From Macrostomum lignano (lineage: Eukaryota): 64,000 nucleotides of DNA. Made by a program: the position numbers and the translations under genes. Positions within the stretch are counted from its first letter, which is position 1, and every line of letters starts with the position of its first letter. Positions 58,327 through 64,000 of the stretch are shown piece after piece. The stretch lies in contig NIVC01003505.1 of assembly GCA_002269645.1 (NCBI GenBank), positions 30,483-94,482 on the forward strand, in the 5' to 3' direction. The notes below the pieces were generated by a model that worked only from the letters and a program-made list of their open reading frames with translations, had not been told where the DNA came from and searched no databases.

Positions 58327-59967
58327 GTGATTTCAGAGAAAAGGACAAGCGGCTTCGAAGCCAAACAGCATGACAACGATTCGACTCTGAACAAAACTGA
58401 AAAAGATTTATCTCAGAAAAAAATCGGTTTTTGATCTAATAAGATTTTTGATGTGCTGGAATTCGCTTTGTTACTGTGAGATAGTGTGAGTTAAATAAAA
58501 AATGTTTTAAATCGATTGTCAATCAGCTTTTTGGCAATTAACAAATGGCATTAAACCATGCATCTTCCTGGGATTAAGATTTATTTCAATAGTTTTCCTG
58601 AGTGTGCTATTCGAGTTTTCACTTCCCCCGTAATCCCATTAATTCTACGAAGTATATTGATTATTCTAAAAGAAAAAAACAAAATCATCTTAGTTCGAAA
58701 ACCTTCCTAATATACTACTTTTACTCACTACTTGTATTAGTCCTCTAATTATCCACTTTCCATACGTATTCTTTAAACCTCATTCAATTTGCTGCCCAAA
58801 ACCAGAGTCCCAACAACTTTCAACCATCAGTGCAGGGCCACCTGCACCTTCCTAAAAATTAATTTACAATTGAAGTTTTCTCATTTGTGCCACTAGGTTC
58901 CTATTATAAGCAGCATGATCCTAAGTTCGAATCCAAATACCAGTGCAAAAAGGAATGCACCCAGTACACGCAATGGATCTAGACAGGATGGATCTAGAAA
59001 TTAGGGATTTTGACAAGAATGCGTATTTATGCACATTAGCGCACAATTTAGGTAACGACGCAAACCTGACTACTTTAATCAGCTCATGCGCTGCTTTTGA
59101 GACACTCGAAGGGCAGAAATCCACCTTCCAGCAGGAAGCTGCTAGCGACGCTGCATGGTTCCTCCGTGATCGTCGCAAAAGCTCGATCTCTTCTTTTTCG
59201 GGCGGTCGCGCTTTCCGCAGTATCTCGACAATAAAAGATGGACGAAAAAATTTGACGAATTGATTTTTTTTAGTTTTCATTTTGGTTCGGTCCTTCCAAG
59301 GATTTCTATTGTTTTGGGAAATACCTGATAAGAAAAGAAAAAAAGCTGCTCAAAAAATAGGAAAACCTTCGTTTTGAGGCTTGCTTCCTATGTTTAAAAA
59401 CAGTATTGTATATAGAAGAAATTTTTTCAATAACGGAAACTCACAGGCTAGGGAGCCAGTAACTGGGGGAGGCGGCCACCTTCCGAACAAAGGGCGAGAC
59501 AAAGCTGTTGTAGTCAGTGGATTGGGTCATTGCGAGCATGGTTGCTCTGTGTCCACATGGTTGCCTTTAAAGACACAACAGGGATGTGGAGGGATCGACG
59601 GAGTATCAGGTGGCGTTGCAATCTGTGCTGCAGCCTGCTTGAAGCTGTCAAACCGCCACTGAGTGTCGGCTCTCGACAGCTTCCATCATCTTCTCCTGTG
59701 CTGCGAGTATCTCCCGTAGCTCTGCTTAGAGCCTGCAAAGTTTAGGGTCAACGTCCCTACAGTTTTATGCGTGTACTGAAAAGTTTAAACTTTTGTAGCT
59801 CGCCAAAAATATTGCCTGTGCTGCGGGAAAATTTTATAACTTTCGTTCGCTCGCTTTCACGATTTCGTGAAAGGACCCATTTTGGGGGGAGTTTGTGCAC
59901 GGAACTTGCCCGAGGGTTGTTGTGCAATTGACAACCAATGAGGGACAGAGATTGTACATGCCTGACG

Positions 59968-60070
59968 ATTAACACACCCTCAATTACCCCAGCTATTGCT
60001 GGCACCCATTTTACCGCTGGGTGAACCGAAGCAATGCAGAGTAAATAAGTGTCTTGCTCAAGAACACGAA
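59968..60070 (-). mobile_element. tRNA-derived SINE, copy 3 (core domain only)
   Basis: The reverse complement reads GTGTTCTTGAGCAAGACAC...CACCCAGCGGTAAAATGGGTGCCAGC. Confidence 0.8.
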
Positions 60071-60537
60071 CTATATACTCAGCAACATCGAAAAGTCGTC
60101 ATCACAGAAGATCCAGTCTGTGGTCGCCACTTTTGAGAGCGCAGGTAAAGTCTCTCAATCCTTTGCGAGTGACGCAACTTAGCTACGCCACGCGGCAGAC
60201 TTGAGTCGAGGAATGAAGTGGGGGGGGGCGGTGTGCGAGGGTTGGACGGATTAAAGCTTGTTTTGATTCATTGTTGTTTACGGGAATGAAGTTGTAGTAC
60301 GCCACTGTCGGAGTTTTAGATACGCTCGCAACTGTTTTAATCATCCTATGATCCGTCGCTAGTATCTGTGAATAATCGAGCATGGCTAATTCAAAGCTTA
60401 CAGAACCGTCTGATTAGATAAAATCTGAATGCCTGTACTCAGAAAAGGATAAAAGGATGACGCTCGTGAGAGAATTGCTTCCAAGCTCCGGATGTTGAGA
60501 TTCGATAGCTTTAACCCGTAACTATTCTTGAATTAGA

Positions 60538-61245
60538 ATGAGAATCTCACTGTTAGAGTCGGCGTTGCTGTGCGGCCTCCTGACCTGTGCAGCCGGCAGG
60601 GTGGCTCATTTCTCCTACGTTGGTTGTTATCGAGACGGTGATAACTCGAACAGAGATATGACAGGTCTGAAAGGGTTAAAAAATCTGGGGCCGTACAGTA
60701 TTGGTGTTGGCGACCTAGTGCACAGCCTCAACAACATGTCGCACGAGTTCTGCAGCAACGTCTGCTCTCTGGGCCGCTTTCCATACTTCGGCGTGCAGGT
60801 CGGCAAGCAGTGCTTCTGCGGCAGCTCCTACGGACTCCACGGACAGCTCAGTGATAGCATGTGCAACAGGCAGTGCACGGGAAACCCAGAGCAGATTTGT
60901 GGCGGCTTCTCAATCAACTCCGTGTTTGCTATGACCTTCCCGAGTGAGTTAGCTCGACGCTGCCTCTTAGAATTTCAACTGAGAGAAAATCTTAATAAAA
61001 TTACACAACTTTCAGGCAACAATGCATACACTGTGCTGAAGGACATCACGGTGACCTCTGCCGTGGACTCATCCTGGCCGGCCGCTGCCCAGTCCGACGC
61101 GGACTGCCTGCTCCAGTGCAGCGCCAGAGCCAACTGCAGCGGCGCCGTCTTCTCCAAGCAGCTGCTCGCCTGCCGCCTGCTGCCGTTCGCCTTCCCGCCA
61201 GCCAGCCTGACCGGACCCGGATGGGCTGTGTTCATCAAAACCTAG
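60538..61245 (+). CDS. Secreted WSC + PAN/apple-like protein, copy B, join(60538-60943, 61016-61245), 211 aa (235 aa if the intron is retained)
   Basis: Signal peptide, complete WSC cysteine pattern and a PAN/apple-like module. Donor GTGAGT at 60944 and acceptor tttcag at 61015 are at the same position as the copy A intron. Confidence 0.9.
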   Translation: MRISLLESALLCGLLTCAAGRVAHFSYVGCYRDGDNSNRDMTGLKGLKNLGPYSIGVGDLVHSLNNMSHEFCSNVCSLGRFPYFGVQVGKQCFCGSSYGLHGQLSDSMCNRQCTGNPEQICGGFSINSVFAMTFPSELARRCLLEFQLRENLNKITQLSGNNAYTVLKDITVTSAVDSSWPAAAQSDADCLLQCSARANCSGAVFSKQLLACRLLPFAFPPASLTGPGWAVFIKT

Positions 61246-62119
61246 TTGAGTCTTGTAAGGACGGACAAGCAGCTTCGAGGCCAAACAGCGTGACAACGAT
61301 CTGAAAATAATAAGTTCTAGAGCTAGAGGCAAAAGAAACATTCTGTTGGACAATATTTTGAGTTTCGGTCTAATTAACTTTTGGATACCTGCACTGCAGA
61401 AGAAGATTGACAATTTTATGAGCATAGAATCTACGTAAAAGAAGTTTTTTGGAGAAGAAAGTTCCCTTCAATCGTGTCAAGACGATTTTTGCTCGCCAAA
61501 TAAATAAAGTCGAGTTGAGAGGAAAGGAGAGGTTGGCTCTCACCTAATAAGCTATAGTGCTCAATGTGCATGTACATTTTCTTACTGATAGATGTAGTAA
61601 ATCAGTGCATTTTATACGTTAAATAATCGCATAGAGCATGCAAATTCACCGCAGATTTATCGTCAACAATCCAGTACCTAGTCTCCACATCCCTGGGAGC
61701 TGCTGACGCTACTGATGCACCTCCGGAGACATCGGGGCTCACGTTTTCCAGCCTGCAATCTTCCGGAACTCTACCTGTAAAAAGGTACTTGCTGAGGAAG
61801 ATAACAAAATGCATTGTGAGGGCATGCAGCAAGCTCATTTCCTGGTAACGGACACAAATACTTCCGGAGCAAAAAGCAGTGTGGATGGCAGAATTAAAAA
61901 AATTGAATTCAATCTCAGAAAACAATAGTTCGAAGAAAAACTTGGTCCTTGGATCGTTCTCAAGTTTTTTCAATCCAGTATAGCCGCGGTGCGGGAGCTA
62001 CTGACGCTGCAGACATCCTATTGATGAGGACAGACGTCGGATTTCTGTGGGCTTATGGCGTGTCACTTCGGACTCTGTTGTGATGCTGCTCTATTCGGTA
62101 TGAGTATTGGCACGGCCAG

Positions 62120-62715
62120 TCAAGGTTGCATGAAGGTGATGGGGCAAGGATCATGATTTCGAATGATTGAAAGGTTTAAATTTTCTCTCAGTCTCTCATC
62201 TCTGGATAGGCCAAACTGACACTTGTCTGCCTGCATGCAGAGTTGCTGTGCATACTCACGAATGCTCATTGATGCCGTGCGAGTGATATGCTGGAAATTG
62301 AATCTCTCAGCCATGACGAACGTCTTTGGTTCCAGGATGCTGGCCAGTAGTTTGGTCAGTTCATCGAAGCTCTTTTCTCCCGGCTTCTTGGAGCGGCTCG
62401 ATCTGCCAATGCGTCGTACAGCTTGGTGCTGAGCTTCATCAGCAGCAGCTTATTTTTCGTGTCGTCCTGCCAGCCGTTGAGTTCGCTGCACAGTGTGAAT
62501 CGGTCCAACCACCTCTGGAAGTTCGAACTTTCATCGAGTTTTTCGATGTCAACTTGCTGTCCTCTTGATACTTGTGCGCTTGGGTTCTGCGCTGTCGCTG
62601 TTGCCGACTTTGTCGCTTGGACTGATTTCGACGAGATCGCAAGCGGTGGTGCTTTGTCGCTCGAAACCGTTTTACCAACTCCTTTAGTTGGCGATGCTGG
62701 CGTACTTCCAGGCAT
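62120..62715 (-). pseudogene. Ty3/gypsy gag remnant (frameshifted, truncated)
   Basis: FQRWLDRFTLCSELNGW...KLLLMKLSTKLYDAL / KKPGEKSFDELTKLL...EPKTFVMAERFNF...SIREYAQQL...ADKCQFG...DERLRE matches a typical gypsy gag. PBS-like TGGCGTCGC at 62741-62733. Confidence 0.8.
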
Positions 62716-62743
62716 TTTCGTAGCCTATGCTTGCGACGCCACT

Positions 62744-62904
62744 GTTGTGCTTTTGGCTTTTAGCCTTTAGCAATTGTCAGTCTAGCGGTCTGTTGACCTC
62801 TGACGCGTCTATTATTTATTCCATAACTCAATAGCATGGTTCAATTCATCAACGCAGTCGCGTAACAAAAATGTCTATGGCAAAGCCATCAACCCACAAC
62901 AACA
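62744..62904 (-). mobile_element. Candidate 5' LTR of the gypsy remnant
   Basis: TGT...ACA ends, internal AATAAA, immediately followed by the PBS-like sequence; no second LTR was found. Confidence 0.35.
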
Positions 62905-63289
62905 TCTAAAAACCTTCAACTGTCACTTGTTATCTGATTTAAGACACGAATGTGTTTACTTATTAAAAACTGATGCTTGCTTGAATGGGATTTTGAGCGT
63001 GTTGTGACACTTTTACCGGCAAAACTGAACTTAAAATATTTGTATTTAATCTTTGACTGTTTATGGCAAGTCTAACTGAACGTCTTAACTCAGCACCTGG
63101 ACCGCCTGTAACAAGCCAGTTCTGGAAATCATTAATAAATTTGTAGTTTTAAGACTACGTATCGTGCAGATTGTTGTCGATTTTTAGACAGATTTGACGC
63201 AAAAAAACGCAAATTATACTACTATTTGAAAATGAAGTAAGTAGTATATGAAAACGCTATCCTAAGCGTGAAATATGTATACATAGCAT

Positions 63290-63990
63290 ATTTCTATATG
63301 TACTTGCATATGTACATTAATCCATGTACTGCATTAATCCCTATCTATCTCAAATGGATATGTACATTAATCCCATGTACATTAATCCCTATCTATCCCA
63401 AATTGTACATGTTCTATCCCCAATTCTATATGTACGCAGTACATACTTCTACATTAATCTACATGTACAGTGTCTTCCCAGACGGCCGGCGCGCTCTGTA
63501 TGAATCACCAAGATTACATGTACAACTCGAAACCCTACTACATGTACAGTTGTGCGCAGAGGTGAGAATTGGTGTACAATCTCATCTAAATGAGTCAACT
63601 AATTGTACAGCTCACATCGTATATAAACTATTTACAAAGAAGATATATTTACAATAAATCAGTAGCATATTACAGGAAAAATTTTATGTACATTACCAGC
63701 AAATAGAATAAACGGAAAATTTTACATTGTTTTTCAATATTTTTCTCTTCATAAATGATTTTAAGCAGGTCTGACACGCAAAATATGAACAATAGATTTT
63801 TACATTGGCAATTTCACCGCATACAATACAAAAATACTTTATGCACATGAATTATGTACAACAAATAGATTCACGCTGATAAATTTGGCAATAGTACGAG
63901 CTACAATGCAAAAATGCTTTATGTACATTGATATGCAAATTATGTACAACAAATAGATTTTACTAATTTATAATGCAAAATGTACATTGA
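63290..63990. repeat. Degenerate AT-rich repeats built on ATGTACAT / TTATGTACAACAAATAGATT motifs
   Basis: Many dispersed copies of the palindromic ATGTACAT core and longer imperfect direct repeats. Confidence 0.55.
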
Positions 63991-64000
63991 ATTGTCAGTC

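Noticed and set aside
58921-60383. Short ORFs between the WSC genes
   Set aside because: No recognisable domains or splice structure; likely transposon debris.

Overview
Eukaryotic (metazoan, invertebrate) genomic DNA with spliceosomal GT-AG introns; no prokaryotic features, rRNA or CRISPR. The GC3-rich exons, polyQ/polyA tracts, minisatellite-filled introns and WSC and AIG1 families suggest a free-living flatworm such as Macrostomum, but this is inference only. Genes: (1) Axin on the minus strand (RGS, GSK3-binding helix, beta-catenin-binding region, DIX; exons 15850-15315, 13960-13553, 6117-4737, probable start ATG at 20118, candidate micro-exon 11637-11615). (2) An RWD + RING-H2 E3 ligase of the RNF25/AO7 type (34914-37628, +) with a repeat-expanded tail. 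(3) A PAP2/PLPP lipid phosphate phosphatase (40211-41800, +). (4) Three tandem intronless AIG1/GIMAP GTPases (46811-54355, -). (5) Two secreted WSC + PAN/apple-like genes (57609-61245, +). Between Axin and RNF25 is a transposon nest: two tail-to-tail ~3-kb Helitron-like copies, a hAT MITE with an 8-bp TSD, and a decayed EnSpm/CACTA-type element. tRNA-derived SINEs, a foldback MITE, a LINE 3' end, a gypsy gag remnant and about 14 tandem arrays are also present. Best leads: the GIMAP/WSC-apple cluster as a possibly diversifying innate-immunity locus (gene conversion, a frameshift-derived polyAla + CxxC tail, a hypervariable WSC loop); an exonic array of 19 TCF/LEF-like sites with adjacent Helper-like motifs upstream of Axin; and a frame-coupled Axin micro-exon. 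All coordinates were read by eye and no database searches were run.
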